Shown: one piece after another, positions 8,335 to 19,247 of the stretch
Numbering within the stretch: position 1 is the stretch's first letter
Layout: each line of letters begins with the position of its first letter
Position numbers and translations under genes: made by a program
The notes under the pieces: model-generated
Database searches by the model: none
What the model was told of the DNA's origin: nothing
Seen by the model: only the letters and a program-made list of their open reading frames with translations
Sequence record: NC_031047.1
Origin: Escherichia phage HY03
Direction: 5' to 3' (one strand)
DNA length: 64,000 nucleotides

Positions 8335-8628
8335 ATGAAAAAATTTGTTTTTGCTGCAATTTTTGCTTTAGCTTCTTGTGCTGCTCAGCCTGCTATGGCA
8401 GGTTATGATAAAGATTTGTGCGAATGGTCTATGACTGCGGATCAGACTGAGGTTGAAACTCAAATTGAAGCAGATATTATGAATATCGTTGAGCGTGATC
8501 GTCCTGAAATGAAAGCTGAAGTGCAAAAACAGCTTAAGTCTGGTGGTGTAATGCAGTATAATTATGTTCTGTATTGCGATAAAAACTTTAATAATAAAAA
8601 TATCATCGCTGAAGTGGTAGGTGAATAA
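8335..8628 (+). CDS. sp: Spackle-like periplasmic protein (signal peptide)
   Basis: MKKFVFAAIFALASCAAQPAMAGYDKDLCEW matches my recollection of T4 Sp; SD GGAG. Confidence 0.6.
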   Translation: MKKFVFAAIFALASCAAQPAMAGYDKDLCEWSMTADQTEVETQIEADIMNIVERDRPEMKAEVQKQLKSGGVMQYNYVLYCDKNFNNKNIIAEVVGE

Positions 8629-8640
8629 TTAGAGGTTAAT

Positions 8641-8997
8641 ATGTATAGTTCTGAATTTTCATATTTAAAAATGGAAAAAATTTCATACGATTTTATAGAT
8701 GAAAAGGTTTATTACAGTTTCCATGAGCCGCGTTTTAATAGTGAGGTTGGGTTTATTGTAGTAAAAGATAATTTTATTTTAAAAATATATTCAGCATTAA
8801 AGGATTTTCACTACGAAAATATTAACCTAAAATTTGATAAAGAAAACGTTCGTAATTGTGCAGTAACAATTACAGGAAATAAAGGCACATGTGTTATGCT
8901 ATCTGATGAAATTAATGATTTGCTAAATGATGCCGAAAAGGTTGCTATTCCATCTATTGATGACCAAATTTTTAATGCTTTTATGAATAGAGGTTAA
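8641..8997 (+). CDS. Hypothetical protein
   Basis: ORF track; SD AGAGG. Confidence 0.45.
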   Translation: MYSSEFSYLKMEKISYDFIDEKVYYSFHEPRFNSEVGFIVVKDNFILKIYSALKDFHYENINLKFDKENVRNCAVTITGNKGTCVMLSDEINDLLNDAEKVAIPSIDDQIFNAFMNRG

Positions 8998-8998
8998 T

Positions 8999-9163
8999 AT
9001 GAAAACATTTAAAGAATTTATCAAAGAAGATATGGTCGCTGGAGATTCAGGTGGTAATCCTGAAAATATCTCTACTGGAACAACATCAGGCGCTGTAGTA
9101 AATAAAGGTCCTGAACAGATTCCTAAAAAGAAAAAAGAGGAATCTAAAGAAAAAGAAGAGTAA
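8999..9163 (+). CDS. Small hypothetical protein (54 aa, Lys/Glu-rich C-terminus)
   Basis: Read from sequence; below ORF-track cutoff. Confidence 0.3.
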   Translation: MKTFKEFIKEDMVAGDSGGNPENISTGTTSGAVVNKGPEQIPKKKKEESKEKEE

Positions 9164-9165
9164 AA

Positions 9166-10194
9166 ATGTCATCAATACCTTGGATTGATAATGAGTTTGC
9201 ATACCGTGCATTAGCTCATTTACCTAAATTCACACAAGTAAATAATAGTTCAACTTTTAAATTGCGGTTTAGATGCCCTGTTTGTGGAGATTCAAAAACC
9301 GACCAAAATAAAGCCCGTGGATGGTATTATGGTGATAATAATGAAGGAAATATTCATTGTTATAACTGTAACTATCATGCACCAATCGGAATATATTTAA
9401 AGGAGTTTGAACCCGATTTATATCGTGAGTATATCTTTGAAATAAGAAAAGAAAAAGGTAAAAGTCGTCCAGTAGAAAAACCTAAAGAACTTCCTAAACA
9501 ACCTGAGAAGAAAATAATTAAATCTCTTCCGTCATGTGTTAGATTAGATAAACTGGCGGAAGACCATCCAATTATAAAATATGTAAAAGCTCGTTGTATT
9601 CCAAAGGATAAATGGAAATATCTTTGGTTTACAACTGAATGGCCTAAATTGGTTAATAGCATAGCACCGGGAACATATAAAAAGGAAATTTCTGAGCCTC
9701 GTCTTGTTATTCCAATTTATAATGCTAATGGAAAAGCTGAGTCTTTTCAAGGACGTGCATTAAAGAAAGATGCTCCTCAAAAATATATCACCATCAAAGC
9801 TTATCCTGAGGCAACAAAAATCTATGGAGTCGAACGAGTTAAAGATGGTGATGTATATGTTCTAGAAGGACCTATAGATTCACTTTTTATTGAAAATGGT
9901 ATAGCTATTACGGGTGGTCAATTAGACCTAGAAGTTGTTCCATTTAAAGATAGACGAGTGTGGGTTTTAGATAATGAACCTCGTCACCCTGACACTATCA
10001 AACGAATGACTAAATTAGTTGATGCAGGAGAAAGGGTTATGTTTTGGGATAAATCTCCCTGGAAATCAAAAGATGTTAATGATATGATTAGAAAGGAAGG
10101 TGCAACCCCTGAACAAATTATGGAATATATGAAAAATAATATTGCACAGGGGTTGATGGCTAAAATGCGGCTATCTAAATATGCTAAGATTTAA
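9166..10194 (+). CDS. 61: DNA primase gp61 (zinc-ribbon plus TOPRIM-like)
   Basis: 342 aa; CPVCGDSKTDQNKARGWYY...HCYNCNYH zinc finger. Confidence 0.85.
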   Translation: MSSIPWIDNEFAYRALAHLPKFTQVNNSSTFKLRFRCPVCGDSKTDQNKARGWYYGDNNEGNIHCYNCNYHAPIGIYLKEFEPDLYREYIFEIRKEKGKSRPVEKPKELPKQPEKKIIKSLPSCVRLDKLAEDHPIIKYVKARCIPKDKWKYLWFTTEWPKLVNSIAPGTYKKEISEPRLVIPIYNANGKAESFQGRALKKDAPQKYITIKAYPEATKIYGVERVKDGDVYVLEGPIDSLFIENGIAITGGQLDLEVVPFKDRRVWVLDNEPRHPDTIKRMTKLVDAGERVMFWDKSPWKSKDVNDMIRKEGATPEQIMEYMKNNIAQGLMAKMRLSKYAKI

Positions 10195-10391
10195 ATTAAC
10201 CCAACTAAAGCAAATGCTAAATCTACGAATGTATCAAGAGTAACTACTGGAATACTAACGCCATGAGCAATAGCAACTGGCGATAAAACAAAATTCCAAA
10301 GTAAAATTCCTATCATAGCAGAAATAGTAAAAGCTATGCGCCTTTTATTACCTTTGATGGCATTAACAAGTGCCATTAATTTTTGTACCAT
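10191..10391 (-). CDS. Small two-helix membrane protein encoded opposite to the surrounding early genes
   Basis: 66 aa; strong SD AAGGAGG 4 nt before ATG on the minus strand; lies in an otherwise non-coding gap; stop overlaps gene 61 stop. Confidence 0.45.
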   Translation of the reverse strand: MVQKLMALVNAIKGNKRRIAFTISAMIGILLWNFVLSPVAIAHGVSIPVVTLDTFVDLAFALVGLI

Positions 10392-10426
10392 ATGTCCTCC
10401 TTTAAATTAATATTTATCATAAATTT

Positions 10427-10456
10427 GTTTACTTTCTCAGCTTGTTATGATATTAT
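10427..10456 (+). promoter_or_regulatory. T4-type early promoter
   Basis: GTTTACT ... 17 bp ... TATTAT; approximate. Confidence 0.4.
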
Positions 10457-10478
10457 AAAATAAATTGCTGAGGATGAT

Positions 10479-11821
<1,343 letters not shown>

Positions 11822-11822
11822 T

Positions 11823-11847
11823 TGCTTACATATTCAAATGATATAAT
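11823..11847 (+). promoter_or_regulatory. Candidate MotA-box middle promoter (TTGCTTACA ... TATAAT)
   Basis: Motif seen upstream of gene 56; approximate. Confidence 0.3.
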
Positions 11848-11881
11848 TATTTAACTTATTAATGAATTGAAAGGAAAAATA

Positions 11882-12400
11882 ATGGCTTACTTTAACGAAT
11901 GTAGTCAACTGATCGAAGGCGCTGATAAAGCTCAAAATGAATACTGGGATATTCTTGGTGATGAAAAAGACCCGCTGCAGGTAATGCTTGACATGCAGAA
12001 ATCTCTGCAGATTCGTTTAGCTAAAGATAAACCTGAATATAACCGTCATCCTGATGATTTGGCTACCGCAGGTGAAGTTGTTGATTGGCTGCGCAATCAG
12101 AAAGACTATATTGATGATGAATTCCGCGAACTTCTGACTTCTCTTGGTGGTATGAGCAATGGCGAAAAAGATGCATCTGCTGTATGGAAACCTTGGAAGT
12201 CGCAGCATGGTGAACGCCGTGAAACTCTGATTACTGATTTGTCTCCACAAGACCAATTGGAAATTAAATTTGAAATGATTGATATTCTCCATTTCGTTCT
12301 GAACATGTTCCAAGGTCTTGGTCTTACAGCAGAAGAAATTTTTAAACTTTATTATCTGAAAAATGCTGAAAACTTTGCTCGTCAAGACCGAGGTTATTAA
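11882..12400 (+). CDS. 56: dCTP pyrophosphatase gp56 (MazG-like)
   Basis: ORF track 11867..12400; ATG at 11882 with AAGGA SD. Confidence 0.7.
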   Translation: MAYFNECSQLIEGADKAQNEYWDILGDEKDPLQVMLDMQKSLQIRLAKDKPEYNRHPDDLATAGEVVDWLRNQKDYIDDEFRELLTSLGGMSNGEKDASAVWKPWKSQHGERRETLITDLSPQDQLEIKFEMIDILHFVLNMFQGLGLTAEEIFKLYYLKNAENFARQDRGY

Positions 12401-12600
12401 TGGCTCGTTTAAATAAACGTCAACTTAAGAAAGCCCACAAGAAACGTATTGACCAGCTATTTAAAAATTATGACAAGGAGCTCACATACGAGCTCTTATC
12501 TAATCAGCTCCACAAAGCTTACACAATTAAAACTGGACATATACAATTAGGTAAGGTGCATGAAGAAGCCTTAAAATTAATTATAGAGCATTCAAAATGA
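12400..12600 (+). CDS. Hypothetical basic protein
   Basis: ORF track. Confidence 0.4.
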   Translation: MARLNKRQLKKAHKKRIDQLFKNYDKELTYELLSNQLHKAYTIKTGHIQLGKVHEEALKLIIEHSK

Positions 12601-12806
12601 AATTTGATTTTTATGCATGGCAAAAAGCCGGGAGACCGGCTAGTCGAGCATTTGGTTCTGATGGATATAATATTAGAGCTCATTGGAAGTTTAATGCTCC
12701 AGCCGATTATTCTCCGGTAATTATTAACGGTGATGTTGTTATATTAACTAAAATTGGGTATTTTAACGTTCCGCAAGAATTTATTATAAATAATCATGTA
12801 ATTTAA
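12597..12806 (+). CDS. Hypothetical protein
   Basis: ORF track. Confidence 0.4.
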   Translation: MKFDFYAWQKAGRPASRAFGSDGYNIRAHWKFNAPADYSPVIINGDVVILTKIGYFNVPQEFIINNHVI

Positions 12807-12822
12807 ATAAAAGGAGAATTAC

Positions 12823-13065
12823 ATGGCTAGTACTCGCGGTTATGTTAATATTAAAACATTTGAGCAGAAATTAGATGGAAATAAGAAAATTGAAGGAAAG
12901 GAAATTTCTGTAGCTTTCCCTCTTTATTCTGACGTTCATAAAATTTCTGGTGCTCATTACCAGACATTCCCTTCAGAAAAAGCAGCATACACTACTGTGT
13001 ATGAAGAAAATCAACGTGATGCATGGATTACTGCAAACGAAGATTTGTGGAAAGTAACTGGTTAA
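12823..13065 (+). CDS. soc: Small outer capsid protein Soc
   Basis: 80 aa; MASTRGYVNIKTFEQKLDG matches my recollection of T4 Soc; AAGGAG SD. Confidence 0.7.
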   Translation: MASTRGYVNIKTFEQKLDGNKKIEGKEISVAFPLYSDVHKISGAHYQTFPSEKAAYTTVYEENQRDAWITANEDLWKVTG

Positions 13066-13073
13066 TAATTCAA

Positions 13074-13097
13074 GGACTCCTTCGGGAGTCCTTTTTT
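13074..13097 (+). terminator. Rho-independent terminator (ggactcc-UUCG-ggagtcc plus T6)
   Basis: Seen in sequence just after soc. Confidence 0.6.
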
Positions 13098-13107
13098 CAT
13101 TTTACCG

Positions 13108-13137
13108 GTTTACTTTCCAAAATGAGTATGGTATAAT
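13108..13137 (+). promoter_or_regulatory. T4-type early promoter
   Basis: GTTTACT ... TATAAT; approximate. Confidence 0.4.
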
Positions 13138-13163
13138 AGAATTATCTTATAGAGGAGAGCACT

Positions 13164-13370
13164 ATGTTAAATCGCTGGATTAAACCGAATGAAGATTTAG
13201 ATATTATCATTTCACGACATGTAATGAAAAAATATGAACTGCAGCCATGGTCTACAGAAGTTGTTGTGCATTCATTTATGATGTACGCAGATGGTTCTGT
13301 CGAATTTAATGCAGAGATTCGATATGATTATGGTGAGAAGCAAGTTGAATTCAAGAGAGGCTTTTTGTAA
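13164..13370 (+). CDS. Hypothetical protein
   Basis: ORF track. Confidence 0.4.
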   Translation: MLNRWIKPNEDLDIIISRHVMKKYELQPWSTEVVVHSFMMYADGSVEFNAEIRYDYGEKQVEFKRGFL

Positions 13371-13711
13371 TGTTTATCTTTAATTGGTTTAAAAGTTTCT
13401 TTACGGATTTTTTCTCTACAGCTCCTGGAGAAGGTTTAGTTCCTATTTCAAACGACTACCTTCCTTTAACTGTAGTTGAATATGTTTATATGGGAGATGG
13501 AACAGTAGAAGCAGTTACTATGACTTATGAAGAAGCCCAAGAATATTATAAAAATCCTTGGCGTTGGTCAGTACCTACTACATCATCTAATGCACAGAAT
13601 ACACAGTCTAGTTCTGACTCATATGACACTAATGTTCCTGTTCATGTATGGGCGGGCGATTCATGTGGAAGTTCTTGTGATTCTAGTTGTTCATCTACAT
13701 CTTGTGATTGA
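13370..13711 (+). CDS. Hypothetical protein with Cys/Ser-rich C-terminal tail
   Basis: ORF track; C-terminus [17 protein letters not shown]. Confidence 0.4.
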   Translation: MFIFNWFKSFFTDFFSTAPGEGLVPISNDYLPLTVVEYVYMGDGTVEAVTMTYEEAQEYYKNPWRWSVPTTSSNAQNTQSSSDSYDTNVPVHVWAGDSCGSSCDSSCSSTSCD

Positions 13712-14205
13712 GGAAAATTATGGAAGCGATTTTGTTTGAAATGTATATTAGCAGTAATAGTATGTCGTTTGTCAAGGATGTTCCAATTACCGTAGCAGTA
13801 ATGATTGATAAAAGATATGATAATAACATGTATCTAGTAGAAGATTTTATTTCAATGCCAGTTCCAGAAGATGTTGAAATAAAACTTAAAAAGATCGGAA
13901 TTATTGAAACTGTACGAAATTCTCCATTTATGTCAATTCAAGCATTTACTAAATCTAACTATATTGATGTTGCTGAAGCATATTATAATAATAAACCGTT
14001 ATCCTTCTATTCATATGATTCAATATATGATTGGAAAATAGATAAAGGAAATAAATTTATAATTACGGACGAAAGCGCGCTATCATATTTTATTACCTCT
14101 TTATGGAATAATTTAAATCCAAATTTGCTAAAAATTCATAAATTTAACGATGCTCCTACTATTGTTTTAGGTAAAATAAATGAAAGCTTTCAAGAAGATT
14201 CTTGA
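13708..14205 (+). CDS. Hypothetical protein
   Basis: ORF track. Confidence 0.45.
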   Translation: MRKIMEAILFEMYISSNSMSFVKDVPITVAVMIDKRYDNNMYLVEDFISMPVPEDVEIKLKKIGIIETVRNSPFMSIQAFTKSNYIDVAEAYYNNKPLSFYSYDSIYDWKIDKGNKFIITDESALSYFITSLWNNLNPNLLKIHKFNDAPTIVLGKINESFQEDS

Positions 14206-14383
14206 ATGGTTCAATAGACCAAACTCAATGTACATTGATGATGGTTGGGTTGAACAGGCAAATAAAGAAATGCAGAACGAATCGGAAGAATGGATGAAAT
14301 CAATGATTAGTGCTGAGAAAGAAAAGAAATTAGAACGCTCAGCGCTTAAATTGATGAGAGACATCTATGGGGATAAATCGTGA
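14180..14383 (+). CDS. Hypothetical protein
   Basis: ORF track. Confidence 0.3.
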   Translation: MKAFKKILEWFNRPNSMYIDDGWVEQANKEMQNESEEWMKSMISAEKEKKLERSALKLMRDIYGDKS

Positions 14384-14391
14384 ACAGAGAT

Positions 14392-14544
14392 ATGACGTTA
14401 GAAGAGGCCAAGGCTAAAGCAAATGAAGCACTGGATTTGCTTCTTAAAATTGGCAGTAAAATGATGGAAGAAAATGAGAAATATATCCAGGAAAACAAAA
14501 TTCCCGATGGTCCATTAGTAGGCAAAAGGAAATCACATGATTGA
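14392..14544 (+). CDS. Small hypothetical protein (50 aa)
   Basis: Read from sequence; weak SD. Confidence 0.25.
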   Translation: MTLEEAKAKANEALDLLLKIGSKMMEENEKYIQENKIPDGPLVGKRKSHD

Positions 14545-15007
14545 AGTAGCAAAACACTATTCAATAGAATTTATGTCTAAAGAAGGTAAATCAGTAAATA
14601 CGCTTGATAAAAATTGCTCATTGATTATTCCTTTAGCAGAAAATCCGGATATTTTAATTAAAGATATAAAAGAAAGAAAATATCCAGAAAATATTATTCT
14701 AATTATAAAGCATACTGAAGATATTTTGCAGAATACTGATTCACCGTTTTCTTCTTCTGAAGCTTTAACTATTAAAGGCTATAAAAGAGCTCATGAATAT
14801 GGTCTTTTTGACCTGTTTGAAGACGATAAAGTTAAATTAGCGAGTCAACCTTCTAAAAGTAAAACATTCATTATTGAAGATATTAAAGATATAAATGCAT
14901 TTGTTAGGATGGTCTGGGCTCATTTTGATGTTGGACTACGCTGGAGAATGTCCGAAGAAGAAAGAAAGATTGCTGAAGCTAATCGTCATTTTGGTTTTTA
15001 TCGCTAG
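14537..15007 (+). CDS. Hypothetical protein
   Basis: ORF track. Confidence 0.45.
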   Translation: MIEVAKHYSIEFMSKEGKSVNTLDKNCSLIIPLAENPDILIKDIKERKYPENIILIIKHTEDILQNTDSPFSSSEALTIKGYKRAHEYGLFDLFEDDKVKLASQPSKSKTFIIEDIKDINAFVRMVWAHFDVGLRWRMSEEERKIAEANRHFGFYR

Positions 15008-15015
15008 GAATTAAT

Positions 15016-15198
15016 ATGGATTTATTTGAGATGTTAGAAGATAATCATTCTACGAATAACCAGAATGATTCTAGTGATTATAAGAAAGAGTACCGTATAG
15101 TATTACAGAATTATGGAATTGAAGCCCCAGATGCTCTTCTAGAAGAACTAGCTTCATACCATCTTGACCCTCCGCCTTGGGCTCCCTGGGCAAAATAA
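15016..15198 (+). CDS. Hypothetical acidic protein
   Basis: ORF track. Confidence 0.35.
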   Translation: MDLFEMLEDNHSTNNQNDSSDYKKEYRIVLQNYGIEAPDALLEELASYHLDPPPWAPWAK

Positions 15199-15209
15199 TT
15201 CAAAAAGTT

Positions 15210-15239
15210 GTTTACTTTCCTTTCTAACGATGATATGAT
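15210..15239 (+). promoter_or_regulatory. T4-type early promoter
   Basis: GTTTACT ... TATGAT; approximate. Confidence 0.35.
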
Positions 15240-15265
15240 AGCTTCTGAAGTATACGGAGGCTATC

Positions 15266-15889
15266 ATGATTATTAATCTTGCAGATGTTGAACAGTTATC
15301 TATAAAAGCTGAAAGCGTTGATTTTCAATATGATATGTATAAAAAAGTCTGTGAAAAATTTACTGACTTTGAGCAGTCAATTCTTTGGCAGTGTATGGAA
15401 GCCAAAAAGAATGAAGCTCTTCATCGGCAATTGAATAAAATCATTAAAAAGCATTTAACTAAATCACCATATCAGTTATATCGTGGTATATCAAAATCAA
15501 CAGAAGAACTTATTAAAGATTTACAAGTTGGAGAAGTGTTTTCAACGAACAGGGTAGATTCATTTACTACTAGTTTGCACACAGCATGTGGTTTTTCTTA
15601 TGTTGAGTATTTCACTGAAATAATATTTCGCTTAAAAACTGATAAAGCTTTTAATTATTCTGACCATATCAGCGACATTATACTTTCTTCTCCTAATACT
15701 GAGTTTAAGTATACATATGAAGATACTGATGGATTAGATTCAGAACGTACTGATAACTTAATGATGATTGTGCGTGAACAAGAATGGATGATTCCAATTG
15801 GAAAGTATAGAATAACTTCTATTTCAAAAGAAAAATTACACGATTCATTTGGAACATTTAAAGTGTATGATATTGAGGTAGTTGAATGA
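15266..15889 (+). CDS. modB: ADP-ribosyltransferase (Mod family, ModB-like by position)
   Basis: 207 aa; R-S-E type motifs LYRGIS ... REQEWMIPIG; tandem paralog of next gene. Confidence 0.5.
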   Translation: MIINLADVEQLSIKAESVDFQYDMYKKVCEKFTDFEQSILWQCMEAKKNEALHRQLNKIIKKHLTKSPYQLYRGISKSTEELIKDLQVGEVFSTNRVDSFTTSLHTACGFSYVEYFTEIIFRLKTDKAFNYSDHISDIILSSPNTEFKYTYEDTDGLDSERTDNLMMIVREQEWMIPIGKYRITSISKEKLHDSFGTFKVYDIEVVE

Positions 15890-16488
15890 AATATTCAGCA
15901 ATGCAATTAAAAGATTTTAAAATCAAATCAATGGATGCATCGGTGCGTGCTTCTATTCGTGAAGAATTACTTTCTGAAGGATTTAATTTATCTGAAATTG
16001 AACTTTTAATTCATTGTATTACTAATAAGCCAGACGATCATTCTTGGTTAAATGAAATAATCAAATCTCGTTTGGTTCCAAACGATAAACCTCTTTGGAG
16101 AGGTGTTCCAGTTGAGACTAAACAGGTGTTAAATCAAGGAATTGATATTATTACATTTGATAAAGTAGTATCAGCTTCATATGATAAAAATATAGCTCTA
16201 CATTTTGCTTCCGGTTTAGAGTATAACACACAAGTTATTTTTGAATTCAAAGCTCCTATGGTATTCAATTTCCAGGAGTATGCTATAAAAGCTCTACGCT
16301 GTAAAGAATATAGTCCAAGTTTTAAGTTTCCGGATAGCCATCGTTATCGTAATATGGAATTAGTTTCAGATGAACAAGAAGTAATGATACCAGCTGGAAG
16401 TGTATTTAGAATTGCAGATAGATATGAGTACAAAAAGTATTCAACATATACTATCTATACTCTTGATTTTGAAGGATTTAATCTATAA
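15886..16488 (+). CDS. modA: ADP-ribosyltransferase (Mod family, ModA-like by position)
   Basis: 200 aa; LWRGVP ... EQEVMIPAG. Confidence 0.5.
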   Translation: MKYSAMQLKDFKIKSMDASVRASIREELLSEGFNLSEIELLIHCITNKPDDHSWLNEIIKSRLVPNDKPLWRGVPVETKQVLNQGIDIITFDKVVSASYDKNIALHFASGLEYNTQVIFEFKAPMVFNFQEYAIKALRCKEYSPSFKFPDSHRYRNMELVSDEQEVMIPAGSVFRIADRYEYKKYSTYTIYTLDFEGFNL

Positions 16489-16544
16489 TGGAAGGACTTA
16501 GATTCATTATACCATGAAAGTTTTAAAGCATTTTTCATAAAGTT

Positions 16545-16574
16545 GTTTACAAGCTGAAGTAAAAATGTTATAGT
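16545..16574 (+). promoter_or_regulatory. T4-type early promoter
   Basis: GTTTACA ... TATAGT; approximate. Confidence 0.4.
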
Positions 16575-16604
16575 ATAAGTAGTTAACCCGTCCGTGAGAA
16601 AAAT

Positions 16605-17351
16605 ATGAAGCTGTCTAATAACCAAATTCGTAAAATTAAACGTCGTCTAGAGCATACTCAGGCATCTGCAAAAAGACGTTCTAAAGATTTTAACTTAGAC
16701 TTCAATTACATTAAGAACATTTTAGATCAAAAAGTTTGTGCTTACTCGGGAGAACCTTTTGATAATCGTATTGAAGGAGAGAAATTATCGTTAGAACGTT
16801 TTGATAATAACGTTGGATACATTAAAGGGAATGTTATTGCAGTAAAGAAAAAGTATAATACATTTCGTTCTGATTATACTTTAGAAGAGTTGATTGAAAA
16901 GCGTGATTTATTTGCTTTGCGAATTGGTCGTTCATCTGCGAAAAAAGTTCATAAACTAAATTTAGATGAAAAGAAATGGGCTAAAATCAAAAAGACTTAT
17001 AATCAAATTAAAGCTATACAGAAAAAACGTGAAAACCGAATTGAACACATTTCTCAGCTTTCTAAATCAAAACAGACCTCTGACATTAAGCTAAGAATTA
17101 TAGCACTTAAAGCACGTATTGATGGTTCTCGCATAGCAGAAGGCGCTGAAGTTGTTAAATTGAACGTTCTTCTTAAAGGCTCGGATTGGAAAATTGTGAA
17201 AAAGCTGTCAGAAGCAGAAATGCAATATGATATGTGTGATAAAATTATTCAAGGTGTAGAGCGGTATCAAAATTTGTCTTTTATTGATAAACTTAAACTG
17301 AAAAGAGGATACCCGCTAAATTGTTCAATTTTTAAACTTATCCGAGGATAA
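16605..17351 (+). CDS. Hypothetical protein in the srd position; degenerate HNH-like segment
   Basis: 248 aa; CAYSG ... SLERFDNNVGYIKGNVIAV resembles an HNH core lacking the catalytic His; assignment uncertain. Confidence 0.4.
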   Translation: MKLSNNQIRKIKRRLEHTQASAKRRSKDFNLDFNYIKNILDQKVCAYSGEPFDNRIEGEKLSLERFDNNVGYIKGNVIAVKKKYNTFRSDYTLEELIEKRDLFALRIGRSSAKKVHKLNLDEKKWAKIKKTYNQIKAIQKKRENRIEHISQLSKSKQTSDIKLRIIALKARIDGSRIAEGAEVVKLNVLLKGSDWKIVKKLSEAEMQYDMCDKIIQGVERYQNLSFIDKLKLKRGYPLNCSIFKLIRG

Positions 17352-17352
17352 T

Positions 17353-17664
17353 ATGGTTTATGTATATGCGATAGTTTACCGAGACAAAGACGGATTTACG
17401 GCGCCAGTTCCACTTGATGAACATCGTCCTGCTGTATTTTTTGAATGGAAGATTGCTGATAAAGTATTTACCACTCTTAAAGAGCAGTATCGACTAGCTT
17501 TAGGTAAAGGAATTCCAAGATTAGTTGAGACTCCACGTAAATTTTGGTTTAATAAAATAGAAGTTAAACATGTTAAGCCTGATGTAGATACACAAAGATT
17601 ATATCAACGAATTCTAGATACTGGGCGTATTGTTAGTATTCCAATTGCAGGGACTTTCCGATGA
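17353..17664 (+). CDS. Hypothetical protein (dda.1 position)
   Basis: ORF track. Confidence 0.4.
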   Translation: MVYVYAIVYRDKDGFTAPVPLDEHRPAVFFEWKIADKVFTTLKEQYRLALGKGIPRLVETPRKFWFNKIEVKHVKPDVDTQRLYQRILDTGRIVSIPIAGTFR

Positions 17665-18980
17665 CATTTGATGATTTGACAGAAGGCCAGAAAAATGCCT
17701 TTAACATCGTTATGAGGGCTATTAAAGAAAAGAAACATCATGTAACTATTAATGGACCTGCTGGTACCGGTAAGACTACTCTTACTAAGTTCATCATTGA
17801 AGCTTTAATATCTACGGGTGAAACTGGTATTATTTTAGCAGCTCCTACTCATGCAGCTAAAAAGATTCTTTCAAAACTATCAGGGAAAGAAGCAAGTACT
17901 ATTCATAGCATTCTTAAAATTAACCCAGTAACATATGAAGAAAATGTCCTCTTTGAGCAGAAGGAAGTACCAGATTTAGCTAAATGCAGGGTATTAATCT
18001 GCGATGAAGTGTCAATGTATGATAGAAAGCTATTTAAAATTCTGCTTTCAACTATTCCACCTTGGTGTACTATAATTGGAATAGGGGATAATAAGCAAAT
18101 TAGACCTGTTGACCCAGGAGAAAACACTGCTTATATCAGTCCATTCTTTACACACAAAGATTTTTATCAGTGTGAACTCACTGAAGTTAAACGCAGTAAT
18201 GCTCCTATTATTGATGTAGCTACTGACGTTCGCAACGGTAAGTGGATTTATAATAAAATTGTTGACGGGCATGGAGTACGTGGATTTACTGGTGATACCG
18301 CTTTACGCGATTTTATGGTAAATTATTTTTCAATCGTCAAATCTCTAGATGATTTGTTTGAAAATCGTGTAATGGCATTTACGAATAAATCTGTTGATAA
18401 GTTAAATAGCATTATTCGTAAAAAGATTTTTGAAACTGATAAAGATTTTATTGTCGGTGAAATTATTGTAATGCAGGAACCATTAATTAAAACATATAAA
18501 ATTGATGGAAAGCCTGTGTCAGAAATTATTTTTAATAACGGACAATTAGTTCGTATTATAGAAGCAGAGTATACATCAACATTTGTTAAAGCTCGTGGTG
18601 TTTCTGGAGAATATCTAATTCGTCATTGGGATTTAACAGTAGAAACTTACGGCGATGATGAATATTATCGTGAAAAGATTAAAATAATTTCATCTGATGA
18701 AGAGCTGTATAAGTTTAACTTATTTTTAGGTAAAACTGCAGAAACTTACAAAAATTGGAATAAAGGTGGAAAAGCTCCGTGGAGTGATTTTTGGGATGCT
18801 AAATCACAGTTTAGTAAAGTGAAAGCACTTCCTGCATCAACATTCCATAAAGCTCAGGGTATGTCTGTAGACCGTGCTTTCATTTATACGCCTTGTATTC
18901 ATTATGCAGATGCTGAATTGGCCCAACAACTTCTTTATGTTGGTGTTACCCGTGGTCGTTATGATGTATTTTATGTATGA
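17661..18980 (+). CDS. dda: Dda DNA helicase (SF1B)
   Basis: 439 aa; Walker A GPAGTGKTT. Confidence 0.85.
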   Translation: MTFDDLTEGQKNAFNIVMRAIKEKKHHVTINGPAGTGKTTLTKFIIEALISTGETGIILAAPTHAAKKILSKLSGKEASTIHSILKINPVTYEENVLFEQKEVPDLAKCRVLICDEVSMYDRKLFKILLSTIPPWCTIIGIGDNKQIRPVDPGENTAYISPFFTHKDFYQCELTEVKRSNAPIIDVATDVRNGKWIYNKIVDGHGVRGFTGDTALRDFMVNYFSIVKSLDDLFENRVMAFTNKSVDKLNSIIRKKIFETDKDFIVGEIIVMQEPLIKTYKIDGKPVSEIIFNNGQLVRIIEAEYTSTFVKARGVSGEYLIRHWDLTVETYGDDEYYREKIKIISSDEELYKFNLFLGKTAETYKNWNKGGKAPWSDFWDAKSQFSKVKALPASTFHKAQGMSVDRAFIYTPCIHYADAELAQQLLYVGVTRGRYDVFYV

Positions 18981-19001
18981 TTAAATTTGAGGAAGCTATT
19001 C

Positions 19002-19247
19002 GTGGAAATAACTAAAGATCAGTTTTATCTTCTTCAAGATAAAGTTAGCGAAATTTATGAAATTGCTCATGGTAAAAATCGTAAAACTGTAAAAATTGAA
19101 TCTAGTAAGTTGATGCTTCAATTAGAAGAAATTGAACGAGATTTAATTGCGTTAGAATTCTTTTGTGGTGAAGTGAAAACTGTTACAATTAATGATTATG
19201 TTTTAGGCGAAATTAGCTATCTTTATGAGGCGGTTATTAATGATTGA
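19002..19247 (+). CDS. Hypothetical protein (tandem paralog 1)
   Basis: ORF track 18987..19247; likely GTG start at 19002 after GAGGAAG. Confidence 0.35.
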   Translation: MEITKDQFYLLQDKVSEIYEIAHGKNRKTVKIESSKLMLQLEEIERDLIALEFFCGEVKTVTINDYVLGEISYLYEAVIND

